From the sequence record OQ603353.1: a DNA stretch of 64,000 nt. One strand, given 5' to 3'. Below are positions 16,771-26,217 of the stretch, one piece after another. Position numbers and translations under genes: made by a program. The stretch's first letter is position 1. Each line of letters begins with the position of its first letter. Under the pieces are notes generated by a model, which worked only from the letters and a program-made list of their open reading frames with translations, ran no database searches and had not been told where the DNA came from.

Positions 16771-17268
16771 ATGGATAACACAACGGCCGACTACGCGCGC
16801 GCTGTGTTTGAGTACCTCATCCAGCGGTTTCCGAAGGTGTGGGGTAAATGCAAGTACAGCACGAACTTCCTTGGTGGAGGGGCCACTAGATACAGATTGT
16901 TTTCCTCTACTCCCGACACCTGCGTGACCTATGGCAGCAGTTACTTCCAAGGTTATGCCTACCATGAAGTCATCCTCGACCACACGGTAAAGGGTGATTG
17001 CGAATGCCTGCTTTACACAGCACGGTCTATTTACGAAGACACAGGAAATAACAGCAGCACCACCTATCCGGTAGACATCGCTGCTGTCAAGGTTGACATG
17101 AGCAAACCCAGTTCGGAAACGGCACAACAGATCGCTACCGAAATCTTGGAGTCTTTGCATGCCAATGCCGCACAGATTGAGGACGTGCCCAATGAAAGCT
17201 TTGTTCACGCCTGCGATTGGCACGCAAAGCAGTTGTATAGCGTGTCACCGGAGCAGACTGGTGGCTAA
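16771..17268 (+). CDS. Hypothetical protein
   Basis: 165-aa ORF with SD (AAGGGA) in the operon. Confidence 0.65.
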   Translation: MDNTTADYARAVFEYLIQRFPKVWGKCKYSTNFLGGGATRYRLFSSTPDTCVTYGSSYFQGYAYHEVILDHTVKGDCECLLYTARSIYEDTGNNSSTTYPVDIAAVKVDMSKPSSETAQQIATEILESLHANAAQIEDVPNESFVHACDWHAKQLYSVSPEQTGG

Positions 17269-17276
17269 TTTCAAAC

Positions 17277-17750
17277 ATGCCAAGACTTCAACTAATGTCC
17301 GAAGATGCTAACACTCGGACTGCTGTCGAGTTGGCGCAGGTACGCCGCGACCTTGATACCCTTCTCAAGATCGTTCGGGATGGCAACGGTACGGCGGCCC
17401 TCATCAACCGAATGCAGTCTGTAGAAAAAGACCTTACTCACCTTGTAGCCCGTGACAAGGAAGCAAAAGAAGAGCTTGAAAAGCTCAAGGTGCAGTACGC
17501 GGAGTTGTCAAAGACTCTAATTGACGTAAACCATTCTGTCGGCACCATCAGCGCAGATTTTGCTCGCTTTGTTCAGGAGTTCAAGATCAGCGAGGATGCA
17601 CGCGACAAGGCGCGCATCAAGAAGACCGATCTGCTGTGGGGCATGATTACCACGGTTGTCGTTTCCCTCGTTGTTAACTACGTGCTCAACCACAAGGTTG
17701 TTCCTTCCCAGCCCTCTGTTCCCACCACCGCTGAATCGCGGTCCAAGTAA
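17277..17750 (+). CDS. Coiled-coil protein with C-terminal transmembrane helix
   Basis: Heptad-rich body, GNG motif, then LLWGMITTVVVSLVVNYVL. Confidence 0.65.
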   Translation: MPRLQLMSEDANTRTAVELAQVRRDLDTLLKIVRDGNGTAALINRMQSVEKDLTHLVARDKEAKEELEKLKVQYAELSKTLIDVNHSVGTISADFARFVQEFKISEDARDKARIKKTDLLWGMITTVVVSLVVNYVLNHKVVPSQPSVPTTAESRSK

Positions 17751-17766
17751 TTCACTGGAGATAAAC

Positions 17767-18627
17767 ATGAACGCAAGCTTCAATGACCGCATCGGTGCTC
17801 GTCTGGCCCAGCGCACTAACGGCATCAAGCCGCACGCTGACATTCTGAGCTACGAACTGGTTAGCCCGACCGTGGCTAAGGTTGTCGTCGCCCACTCTCA
17901 CCGTGGCACCACTGCTGAGAATCGCGCCGCTCTGGCTTCGCTGCTGGAAGGCCGTGGCAACGTCATACCGCACAGCTTCCGCGAAATCGAAACGGACAAC
18001 GCCCACCAGCGCCGTATGCTGTCGGTCGGTTTCGTTGGCGCCAACGTCCTGTCTGAGGAACTGAGCGAAGAACGCGCCAGTCAGCTGAAGGAGATTGCCA
18101 AGAACGTGCTGATGGACGACACCGACAACAGCATGTGGCAGGTTACGCAGGCTTCGGACGGCCGCAAGTTCATCCGCCGTCAGCACAACGAAGACCTTGC
18201 GGAGCTGATGACCGCTACCGCTTCGGTGAACCCGGCCGCCATCGTGCCGAAGCACTTCACCGAAATCGCTGGCACCATCGTCGATACCTCGGGCCCGTTC
18301 ACCTATGCTGCTTACGTGGACGCTGACACCCATCAGGTGCGTTTCGGTTACGTGGTGGAACACGCTACCGTCTACAACGGCTACAAGCACACCATTCTGC
18401 CGCGTGACGCTTCGGAAGTCGAGTACGTGTCTGCCTCCCTGATCGTGGAAGCCGCCTACAACGTCGATCCGAACAACCGTCTGACCACCGCTCGCAACCG
18501 CTTGATGGAAACCGCCGGTATTCCGGACATTGATGCGGTCAAGAGCTACTTCCGTAAGGAATTCGGCTACGGCCCTGAGTTCCTGCGCGAACTGGAAGCC
18601 GAGATTGACGAGCACGCTGTCGCCTAA
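17767..18627 (+). CDS. Hypothetical protein, probably highly expressed head protein
   Basis: GGAG at 17757-17760 favours ATG 17767 (MNASFND...). Strongly biased codons; followed by a terminator. Confidence 0.75.
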   Translation: MNASFNDRIGARLAQRTNGIKPHADILSYELVSPTVAKVVVAHSHRGTTAENRAALASLLEGRGNVIPHSFREIETDNAHQRRMLSVGFVGANVLSEELSEERASQLKEIAKNVLMDDTDNSMWQVTQASDGRKFIRRQHNEDLAELMTATASVNPAAIVPKHFTEIAGTIVDTSGPFTYAAYVDADTHQVRFGYVVEHATVYNGYKHTILPRDASEVEYVSASLIVEAAYNVDPNNRLTTARNRLMETAGIPDIDAVKSYFRKEFGYGPEFLRELEAEIDEHAVA

Positions 18628-18634
18628 CGAGCCT

Positions 18635-18664
18635 AGCCGCCCCTGAAAGATGGGGCGGCTTTGT
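18635..18664 (+). terminator. Intrinsic terminator
   Basis: AGCCGCCCC/GGGGCGGCT 9-bp stem followed by TTGT. Confidence 0.7.
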
Positions 18665-18706
18665 GCCATCCACAACATTGATCCCAAGAAACACTGAGGA
18701 CTGCAC

Positions 18707-19195
18707 ATGCCTTCCATTACCACCAACCGTTCCAAGGCAACCCTGCTCGGTACCTACTTCCGCAAGGAAACGGTCATGGAGCCGAACGGTTTTTCGATTG
18801 CCCTCATCACTTCGGCTGGTGTCAGCACCAACCCGGGTGAGCAGGTTGCCCCCACTCCGTCGAACTGCCTGACTTGGTCCGACTGCTCGCAGAACGAAAT
18901 CCCGGCCGGTAACGGCTACGTGGCAGGCGGCATCGCCATTCAGCGTGGCACCGCCGACTGGACCTCGCTGACTGAGGACCCGACCAACAACCGTGCGTTC
19001 GTTACCCTCAAGAACGTTTCGTGGACTGCTACCGGCGGTAACCTGCCCGCCAGCGGCCCGGGTGCAGCCTATGCCGTGCTGATGGACGACACTGCGAATC
19101 GCAACGTGCTGATCGTGCTGGACCTCGGCGGTGCACGTACTGTTTCGGACACCCAGCAGCTGATCCTCCAGAACGTCCAGTACATCGCAACCTAA
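18707..19195 (+). CDS. Small tail/baseplate-associated virion protein
   Basis: EIPAGNGYVAGG...VSWTATGG motif seen in phage minor tail proteins; upstream of the fibre genes. Confidence 0.6.
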   Translation: MPSITTNRSKATLLGTYFRKETVMEPNGFSIALITSAGVSTNPGEQVAPTPSNCLTWSDCSQNEIPAGNGYVAGGIAIQRGTADWTSLTEDPTNNRAFVTLKNVSWTATGGNLPASGPGAAYAVLMDDTANRNVLIVLDLGGARTVSDTQQLILQNVQYIAT

Positions 19196-19207
19196 TAGGA
19201 GTAACGC

Positions 19208-19561
19208 ATGACCGAGATTACGACTACGTTTGATGCTGACGCCGAACTTCCGGTGTGGGCATCCATCGTGAACGACTCCGACGGTCTTACCAAGGTTCGT
19301 GTGGATAGCGAGAAGGCATTCCCTGCTACTCTCCGCGAGCTTGACGGTGCAGTGCGTGACCAGTATTGGGTTGCCATCGCTCGGTACGTTATCGGGGAAG
19401 ACCTCCGTCACCTCCTTGGTCCGGGTCTGAACATCGTCTTCTCTGCCGCGCCCCAGTATGCCAATGCGGCAATGCCGCGTGGTAAGGGTGAGGAACAAGG
19501 CCAGCAGGACGCCCCGTTCGCTTACATCCGCCTTCAGCAGAAGCGTGAAGGAACCAACTAA
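19208..19561 (+). CDS. Hypothetical protein
   Basis: 117-aa ORF with SD AGGAG. Confidence 0.65.
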   Translation: MTEITTTFDADAELPVWASIVNDSDGLTKVRVDSEKAFPATLRELDGAVRDQYWVAIARYVIGEDLRHLLGPGLNIVFSAAPQYANAAMPRGKGEEQGQQDAPFAYIRLQQKREGTN

Positions 19562-19573
19562 GAGTACCCCATA

Positions 19574-22051
19574 ATGAGCGTCCTGTTTTCTAACAACGCA
19601 TTGACGGTGTTGGCAGCAGCGGTCGGTCAGAACGAGGTTACCTCGACTATCACTGTAGCAACTGGTGCGGGGCAGCGTTTCGCTGCCCCCACCAACGGTG
19701 ACTATCAGGTCATTACGCTCTCCGATCCCCTGTATACCCGATTTGAAATCTGCCATCTAACTGCGCGCACGGGCGATACCCTCACTGTGTTGCGAGGGCA
19801 GGAAGGTACTACCAAGCAAGCGTGGGACGTTGGCGACCGCATTTATGCGTCCTTCACTGCGTCCACGGTCGGTCTCTTCCTGCGCGCTGACACTCCTGCG
19901 TCAATTAGCGGGCTGTGGGACTTCAGTACGCCGCCGCTAATCAATGGTAACAACATTTGGCATTCCGGCAACGTCACGCCTGCTGATCGTACCAAGGCGC
20001 AGACTATCTCCGGGCTCTGGACGTTCACGACGCTGCCCAAGTTCAACGCATTTAATTTCGTGACGACTCAGGGCGCAACTATGGTTGGGCCCTTTTTGCT
20101 TTATGGGTCCCCGACTCAGGACAATGAGGCTGCCACCAAGCTGTATGTGGACAACCTCGCCGCCGGTCTGCACGATAAGGAAGCAGTGGTCGCAGCCAGT
20201 ACTGATGCCGGTGGTAATGTCAATATCACCAGCGCTCCGAGTACGCTGGACGGTGTGACTCTTGTAGCAGGAAATCGCATTCTGCTCAAGAATCAGACGA
20301 ACAAGACCCAGAATTTGATCTACGTGTTCAACGCAGTTGGCCAGCCCCTTACCGCTGCCTCGGACAGCGATGAGACGGGTGATCTAAAGGCAGGTAGTAC
20401 CGTATTCGTCACAGGCGGTACCGTCAACAAGAACTCGCGTTGGACCGTCATCACCACTGACCCGATCACCATTGGCACCACTCCCATCGAGTGGACTCAG
20501 ACGTCGGGTGCTGGTCAGATTCGTTCTGGCCCCGGCATCAAGATCATTGGTGACCAAATCAGCGCAGACGTTCCTTCTGCTGGTGGCCTGACAGTATCGG
20601 TTGCAGATGGCATTGGCCTGTCTGTGATGCAAGACCTAGTGGTTAATACCGGGGCTGCCACCGCTGGAACCACGGGTGCCTCCCTGCGCTACAACAGCAT
20701 CACGGTGGATAAGTTTGGTCGGGTAGTTAACGCTACCAACCTACCTTATGCTCTGACCACTGGCGCAGTGTTTACGGGAGCCCTCACTCGCACTTCGACT
20801 CCTTCTTCCGGCAACGACATTACCACTGTAGACTTTGTGCAGAATGCCATCGTCTCTATCAGCACCATGCGTCAGCCGGTTGCTGCGGTGGCTACGTCCA
20901 ACGTTTCCCTAAGTGGCCTAGGCTTTATTGACGGGTATCAGGTCAAACTCGGCGAGCGTGTTCTCGTTGCAGGACAGACTACGCAGACTGCCAACGGTGT
21001 TTATGTCACCACGGCTAACGCGTGGGTGCGTGCTTCGGACTTTAACAGCACTTCGTCCCTCGCCGCTGGCGTCATGTTCCCGGTTCAGAACGGTACCACG
21101 TTCAAGAATCAGATATTCATGCTGTCCACTCAGGGCACCATCAGTATCGGTACTACCCCGATCACCTTCCAGCGTGTAACGGGTACGGGCCTGATTAACA
21201 AGGCTTCGGGTGGTGGCATTGATATTGTCAATGACTCTATCGGTCTCGAAACGCAGTCAGGACTGACCGCAGGCACCTACAACACTGCTCGCGTCACTGT
21301 GAACAGTAAGGGCATTATCACTGGCATCGAGGCAGGCTCCTCGGGCGTGACCTCGTTTAATGGCCGTAGTGGCGTTGTGATGCCCGCTACGAACGATTAC
21401 ACCTTCGCTATGTTGGGTGGCAAGCCCACCACCCTCGCAGGCTACGGCATTACCGACCCGGTCATGCTCCGCACTGGCGGCACGATCACTGGTGTTGTGT
21501 CCATTGACTACGGCAATCCAGCTGCAACGGACGGTCCGTACCCACTGCTGTTCATGCGTCTTACCGAAGGTGAGCGCAATACCAACAAGGTTGGTATGAA
21601 CATCATCAAGGAGGATCGCAATTCTTGGGCCATCGCTGCTGTAGCTGGTTCGGATGTAGTCAACATCACTAACGGCAGCAAGTTGAATCTGCGGTTCCAA
21701 ACCGCAATGGTTAACGACGCTGAGATTCTCACTGACGCCAACTTTGATGCGTGGACTGCCGTTGCGTTCTCTACGGGTAACACCACTCGTAACGCGGTCG
21801 CGCGTGGGTGCTACATGGTAGACACTACCTCCCTTGCTGGTACGCTGGTACTGCCCTCCAATCCTGCTCCGGGCACAGCTGTTCGTGTTCTCGATGCTGG
21901 TGGTACGTTCGGTACCAAGAACCTGACTATCTCGCGCAACAACGCTAGGATCGTAGGCGCGCTGGAAGACTTGGTTTTGGACAAGAATAACGGTGGCGTC
22001 ACGCTGGTTTACTACAACGCTGCACGTGGTTGGGTCCCGTTCTTTAGTTGA
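19574..22051 (+). CDS. Long tail fibre (proximal/adaptor-type)
   Basis: N-terminal fibre-anchor domain (LTVLRGQEGT), a WHSGN motif, two copies of a DG..L..G.R.L...QT repeat, and a C-terminal T4 gp34-like LP..P..G..V...D domain. Confidence 0.8.
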   Translation: MSVLFSNNALTVLAAAVGQNEVTSTITVATGAGQRFAAPTNGDYQVITLSDPLYTRFEICHLTARTGDTLTVLRGQEGTTKQAWDVGDRIYASFTASTVGLFLRADTPASISGLWDFSTPPLINGNNIWHSGNVTPADRTKAQTISGLWTFTTLPKFNAFNFVTTQGATMVGPFLLYGSPTQDNEAATKLYVDNLAAGLHDKEAVVAASTDAGGNVNITSAPSTLDGVTLVAGNRILLKNQTNKTQNLIYVFNAVGQPLTAASDSDETGDLKAGSTVFVTGGTVNKNSRWTVITTDPITIGTTPIEWTQTSGAGQIRSGPGIKIIGDQISADVPSAGGLTVSVADGIGLSVMQDLVVNTGAATAGTTGASLRYNSITVDKFGRVVNATNLPYALTTGAVFTGALTRTSTPSSGNDITTVDFVQNAIVSISTMRQPVAAVATSNVSLSGLGFIDGYQVKLGERVLVAGQTTQTANGVYVTTANAWVRASDFNSTSSLAAGVMFPVQNGTTFKNQIFMLSTQGTISIGTTPITFQRVTGTGLINKASGGGIDIVNDSIGLETQSGLTAGTYNTARVTVNSKGIITGIEAGSSGVTSFNGRSGVVMPATNDYTFAMLGGKPTTLAGYGITDPVMLRTGGTITGVVSIDYGNPAATDGPYPLLFMRLTEGERNTNKVGMNIIKEDRNSWAIAAVAGSDVVNITNGSKLNLRFQTAMVNDAEILTDANFDAWTAVAFSTGNTTRNAVARGCYMVDTTSLAGTLVLPSNPAPGTAVRVLDAGGTFGTKNLTISRNNARIVGALEDLVLDKNNGGVTLVYYNAARGWVPFFS

Positions 22052-22056
22052 TTCAC

Positions 22057-22088
22057 AGGCAGGTCCACCACGGGCCTGCCTTTCCTTT
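22057..22088 (+). terminator. Intrinsic terminator-like hairpin between fibre genes
   Basis: AGGCAGGTCC/GGGCCTGCCT stem followed by TTCCTTT. Confidence 0.6.
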
Positions 22089-22101
22089 GGTGGACTATCC
22101 A

Positions 22102-24039
22102 ATGACGATTCTTCAAACGCTGTACCCAATCCCGGATAACGTCCCACGAACTGATGCTTCGTTCAACACCTTCACTGGGGTCAACCGATTCACTAGGGTG
22201 GTGGCAGGTAATTCAACCCCGAACGAAGCATACGATCTATGTGCTGGGACTACAAAGATCGGAAGCACCCTAACCGTTATTGGCGATACTACGCTCAACA
22301 TTGCCAAAGCTGCGTTACTGACAATTACGGGTAGTAACGCCATGATCTTCCAAGGCTTTGGAAGCTCTCAGGGCCGTATCACCCTGTTCGGTTGGCTAGG
22401 TGTCGATTCCGGCGATACTCTGGCCATCATCGACCGCGTAGGTATGTCCAACTATCGCTGGGCGCTCAGTGCAAGTCAGATGACGCTCAACGATAATGCT
22501 GTGTGGCATGCAGGCAACTTCAATCCCGATCTGTACCTCAAGGTCGCTGACGCGTCTTCTACTTACGTCAAGCTTGCCAACAGTAACAACAACATCACGG
22601 GCACGGTGTGGGGACTTCGCTCGGTCACTGCATCGGGCTCCGACACCTTGTCCATACAGATTCAGTCGGGCGGTGCCTATCAGTACGGACGTGGCGCTGT
22701 ATTGGAATTGAATGGCAAGAACGCAACTGGCAGCAACGCTGGCGGCTTCCGTCTGCTCAGTGACGGTCCCTCGGCGATCAATTCGTACTCCGGCACTCTA
22801 TCCCTAGCTGCCTCGGGCGGTGGTCAGATTACGTTCAACAGCTCCGGCCTGTCTCTGCAAGGGGCCACGAGTGTTGCAGGTGCAACCACATTTGCCTCTA
22901 CGGTAGCAGTTACTGGCCTCATCACTGCCACTGGCCAACTAAAGGTTGGGCCTGCTTCCGGCGAAGCGCGTATCAACTTTGGTCTGGACACGGGCTACAT
23001 CTACAGTAGTGCCACCTCAATTGGCTACTATTGGCCCGGTAGTAGCGCTGTCAACTTGTGGCGTCTTATTAAACCGGGCCAAAGCGAAGGTGTTTACCCT
23101 GCCTTGTCTATGATCGTGTCGGGAGGGGGTTATTTCGACGGTATTGTTCGGGCTACCTCTAGTCTCATCAGCATCCACCCGGACGCCCTGCGTATGCGGC
23201 AATCCGCCCGCACCGTTATTCACCGCTTTGACGGCAACGCTTATTACTGGCTTCGTACTGCGGCTGACGACCCCGATGGTGTCTGGGATTCCGCACGTCC
23301 TATGACCTATAATGTTGGTGGGGACCAGTTGACGTTCAACCCTGCCGGTGGCATCACAGCACAAACCAAGCTGACTTTGAGTAACGCTGCTCCTCTGGGC
23401 TTTACCGGCTTCGGTGCAGCAGGCGCTATCTACATTCATGGTACTAATGGCGGTGGCGATGACGTTTGCACCATCCTACGCAACAATGCCAACTCTAACT
23501 ACACGCTGACATGGAACGGTGCTGTTACGATCACTGGTTCTCAGACAGTAGCAGGCGAAGCTTACTGCAATAATTGGTTCCGCAGCAATAGCTCCGGCAC
23601 TGGCTGGTATCATCAGGTACATGGCGGTGGTTGGTACATGTCGGATAACGATTACGTGCGTTCGTACAATCAGAAGGCAGTGGCTGGCTCTGATTTCGTG
23701 ATTTGGTCCGATCGCCGCTCTAAGACCGAAGATCGTGATCTTAGCATTGCTGACGTGCTTCCCAAGTTCATGGGACTTGCCCCCAAGTGGTATGTCAAGA
23801 ATGGCACGAAAGCGGAGTACGGCATGTTCGCACAGGACGTGCGCGCACTGTTCCCCGATATGGTCAGCCTGACCAACAACGAAGGATATGACGATTACCA
23901 CTTCCTCTGGATCAACATGCTTCATGCTCCCCACATTCTTGTGACCCAGGATAACGTGCGCCGCATCGAAGAACTGGAGGGTATCGTGGCCTCGCAGCAG
24001 CATCAGATCGCGCAGCTGCAATCTAGGCTTGAGGTGTAA
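22102..24039 (+). CDS. Tail fibre/receptor-binding protein 1 with C-terminal intramolecular chaperone (peptidase S74)
   Basis: WHAGNF repeat; SDRRSK cleavage motif followed by G..AQDV and a coiled coil. Start set at MTILQTLYP by homology to 24041. Confidence 0.85.
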   Translation: MTILQTLYPIPDNVPRTDASFNTFTGVNRFTRVVAGNSTPNEAYDLCAGTTKIGSTLTVIGDTTLNIAKAALLTITGSNAMIFQGFGSSQGRITLFGWLGVDSGDTLAIIDRVGMSNYRWALSASQMTLNDNAVWHAGNFNPDLYLKVADASSTYVKLANSNNNITGTVWGLRSVTASGSDTLSIQIQSGGAYQYGRGAVLELNGKNATGSNAGGFRLLSDGPSAINSYSGTLSLAASGGGQITFNSSGLSLQGATSVAGATTFASTVAVTGLITATGQLKVGPASGEARINFGLDTGYIYSSATSIGYYWPGSSAVNLWRLIKPGQSEGVYPALSMIVSGGGYFDGIVRATSSLISIHPDALRMRQSARTVIHRFDGNAYYWLRTAADDPDGVWDSARPMTYNVGGDQLTFNPAGGITAQTKLTLSNAAPLGFTGFGAAGAIYIHGTNGGGDDVCTILRNNANSNYTLTWNGAVTITGSQTVAGEAYCNNWFRSNSSGTGWYHQVHGGGWYMSDNDYVRSYNQKAVAGSDFVIWSDRRSKTEDRDLSIADVLPKFMGLAPKWYVKNGTKAEYGMFAQDVRALFPDMVSLTNNEGYDDYHFLWINMLHAPHILVTQDNVRRIEELEGIVASQQHQIAQLQSRLEV

Positions 24040-24040
24040 C

Positions 24041-26164
24041 ATGACGATTCTCCAGACTCTGTATCCCATTCCTGACAACGTGGCCACTCTGGACGCTCCG
24101 GGCGTCCAGACCTTTACTGGTATCCTCAAAGCAGGACGTATCCTAGCAGGCAACTCTGTAACGGATGAAAGCGGTTACGGATTCGTCGCATCTAACATCA
24201 AAGTCATTGGCACCTCCCTCATGCAAGGTGCCACCACTCTGTCCAGTACAGGCAACGTCTTTGGTGGATTCTCGGTAGCAGGTAATGCCATCTTTGGTGG
24301 CAGCAGCCTGTATATCCGAGGGGCTGGTAACACCTACATGACTTTTCAGAATGCTTCATCGCAGACTGATACCCAGCTGATTACTGATCGAGGCGCCAAG
24401 GGCTTCATCATTCGTAACTGGGTGACCCTTGGTACGGGTTCCTATACTGATTTTTCGTTGAACGCGGCAACGGGTGCTCTCAAGTGGGGTGCGCAGGACA
24501 TTTATCACTCCGGCACCTTCAACTGGACGACCTTTGCAGTCACGGGAAGCGCCGCTAGGTTCTCTGCATTGACATTGCACTCCAACGCTTCGGGCGGCGT
24601 GTTGCGATTCAATGATCCTGCTGATACTACCTCAGCAGGTATGCGGTACTTCTTTGTAAGCAATTCTACGTCCATCAATCTCAACACTGCAAACGATGAT
24701 GGAACATGGCGAAAGAACAGGTTCAATATTCCCCGAGATAGTGCGTTGCCCGTGCAGATCGACGGAGGTACAGTGTGGTTTTCAGGCAACCTCACTCCGG
24801 CGGACACGACCAAGGCTGCCATCATTGAAAGCAGTAGCTTCACTTGGGAGTTCCGGGCTGCTCCAGTACCCCAAGAAGTTAACAGCTGGCAGTGGGGCCC
24901 CTTCGTACTGCGAGGTTATGACTCCGCGGGCAATAACGTGCGTTCGTTTGCACGACGGGCGGAGGCGGGTACGGATGCGTCTTCCATCGCTACGGGTCTC
25001 CGAAGTCAGCTGGGTGGCGTCAACCGCGCATGGATTGAGTGGTATCTCAATTCCTTCCGTATCTGTGGTGCTGATGGTACGATTTCGGCTTCTTTTAGCG
25101 ACTCTGCCATCTGGCTACAGAAGCCGCTTACTTTCAGTTCTACTGCGCTGTTCAACGGCGTGGCCACCTTCTCCTCCGTCATAAGTTCACGCACCGGCAC
25201 TCCTAATACTCAAATGATTTTCCACTCGATCGGGTGGAATAATGGTGTGCAGCGTTGGGCGCAGGTGATGGAAGCGACGGGTGCTTATGTGTGGTACTGC
25301 TACAATGCCACTGGCGGTAATCCTACTTCTGTGTTGTCGATGACTAACCCCGCCAACGGGCTCGGGGGCAATAACCCCGGCATCGGCGTGGCAGGTTCGA
25401 TCTATGTAACCCAAGGCATCATTGCGCCTAACTGGGGCTTCACTACCAGCGCTGCCAACAAGGCATCATTTATCGCCACTGGTAGTTACGGTGGTGGTTT
25501 CATGTGTCAAGATAACGCAGGTGCTGGTATCTACTACGGAGGTATGTATGCTGCAAGCGGCTGGGTCGGTATTGGCCTAACCGCTGCCAACTCGGTTGGC
25601 CTTAACAAGATTCTACGACTTACGCAAGAACAGTACATGACGGTACAGACTGAAGGTGGCTTCGCCGCCCGAGGTGGCTCCGCTGTCATGGTTGTAGAGG
25701 AGCGCAGTAGCACCAACGTGCAGTTCCATATGTACGCTACAGGTGGTGCGTGGCGTGTTTGGGATAACGTTACCGGTGCCGACAACCTCACTTGCTATCG
25801 GACTACTGGTGACTTGTACATCCGTAGTTGGGGTTACGCTGCCAACTTTGCCATCAACTCAGATCGTAGAATCAAGACGTGGATTTCTGATCTGGACCCC
25901 GAGGAAGAACTGGACAAGGTGGTGACGCTGGTTCCACGCCTGTACCTCAAGGACAACAAGCTGGAATCTGGCGTGTACGCGCAGGACGTGCAGGAACGGT
26001 GGGCCCACATGGTTACCGTGAGCGAGTCAAATCCCTATGGCATTGACGGACTCCTGACTGTGGCCCACACCATGCTACACGCTCCACTGGTTGCGTCCAT
26101 CCAAGCCTTGCACGCTCGCATCGAAAAGCTGCAAGCCCGACTGCAAGAGCTTGAACCCCGATAA
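24041..26164 (+). CDS. Tail fibre/receptor-binding protein 2 with C-terminal intramolecular chaperone (peptidase S74)
   Basis: Same 14-aa N-terminus as 22102; SDRRIK, GVYAQDV and a terminal coiled coil. Confidence 0.85.
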   Translation: MTILQTLYPIPDNVATLDAPGVQTFTGILKAGRILAGNSVTDESGYGFVASNIKVIGTSLMQGATTLSSTGNVFGGFSVAGNAIFGGSSLYIRGAGNTYMTFQNASSQTDTQLITDRGAKGFIIRNWVTLGTGSYTDFSLNAATGALKWGAQDIYHSGTFNWTTFAVTGSAARFSALTLHSNASGGVLRFNDPADTTSAGMRYFFVSNSTSINLNTANDDGTWRKNRFNIPRDSALPVQIDGGTVWFSGNLTPADTTKAAIIESSSFTWEFRAAPVPQEVNSWQWGPFVLRGYDSAGNNVRSFARRAEAGTDASSIATGLRSQLGGVNRAWIEWYLNSFRICGADGTISASFSDSAIWLQKPLTFSSTALFNGVATFSSVISSRTGTPNTQMIFHSIGWNNGVQRWAQVMEATGAYVWYCYNATGGNPTSVLSMTNPANGLGGNNPGIGVAGSIYVTQGIIAPNWGFTTSAANKASFIATGSYGGGFMCQDNAGAGIYYGGMYAASGWVGIGLTAANSVGLNKILRLTQEQYMTVQTEGGFAARGGSAVMVVEERSSTNVQFHMYATGGAWRVWDNVTGADNLTCYRTTGDLYIRSWGYAANFAINSDRRIKTWISDLDPEEELDKVVTLVPRLYLKDNKLESGVYAQDVQERWAHMVTVSESNPYGIDGLLTVAHTMLHAPLVASIQALHARIEKLQARLQELEPR

Positions 26165-26170
26165 GGATAC

Positions 26171-26184
26171 GGCCAAGGACGGCC
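26171..26184 (+). promoter_or_regulatory. Hairpin GGCC-AAGGAC-GGCC, second copy
   Basis: Identical to 15288-15301; followed directly by TCAATTTTA. Confidence 0.5.
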
Positions 26185-26217
26185 TCAATTTTAGGGTAGC
26201 CCTATAGAGAGTATGAC

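Noticed and set aside
18539-19756. Long antisense ORFs (also 5714..6718, 11186..12217, 17752..18735, 27055..28032, 34195..35184, 37829..39019, 55301..56371)
   Set aside because: They lie opposite well-supported + strand genes and have no recognisable motifs. This is the expected shadow of biased codon usage, which makes stops rare on the antisense strand.
22102-26164. Diversity-generating retroelement or invertase shufflon at the fibre genes
   Set aside because: No reverse transcriptase, recombinase, template/variable repeat pair or inverted crossover sites were seen. The shared N-termini differ at the DNA level.
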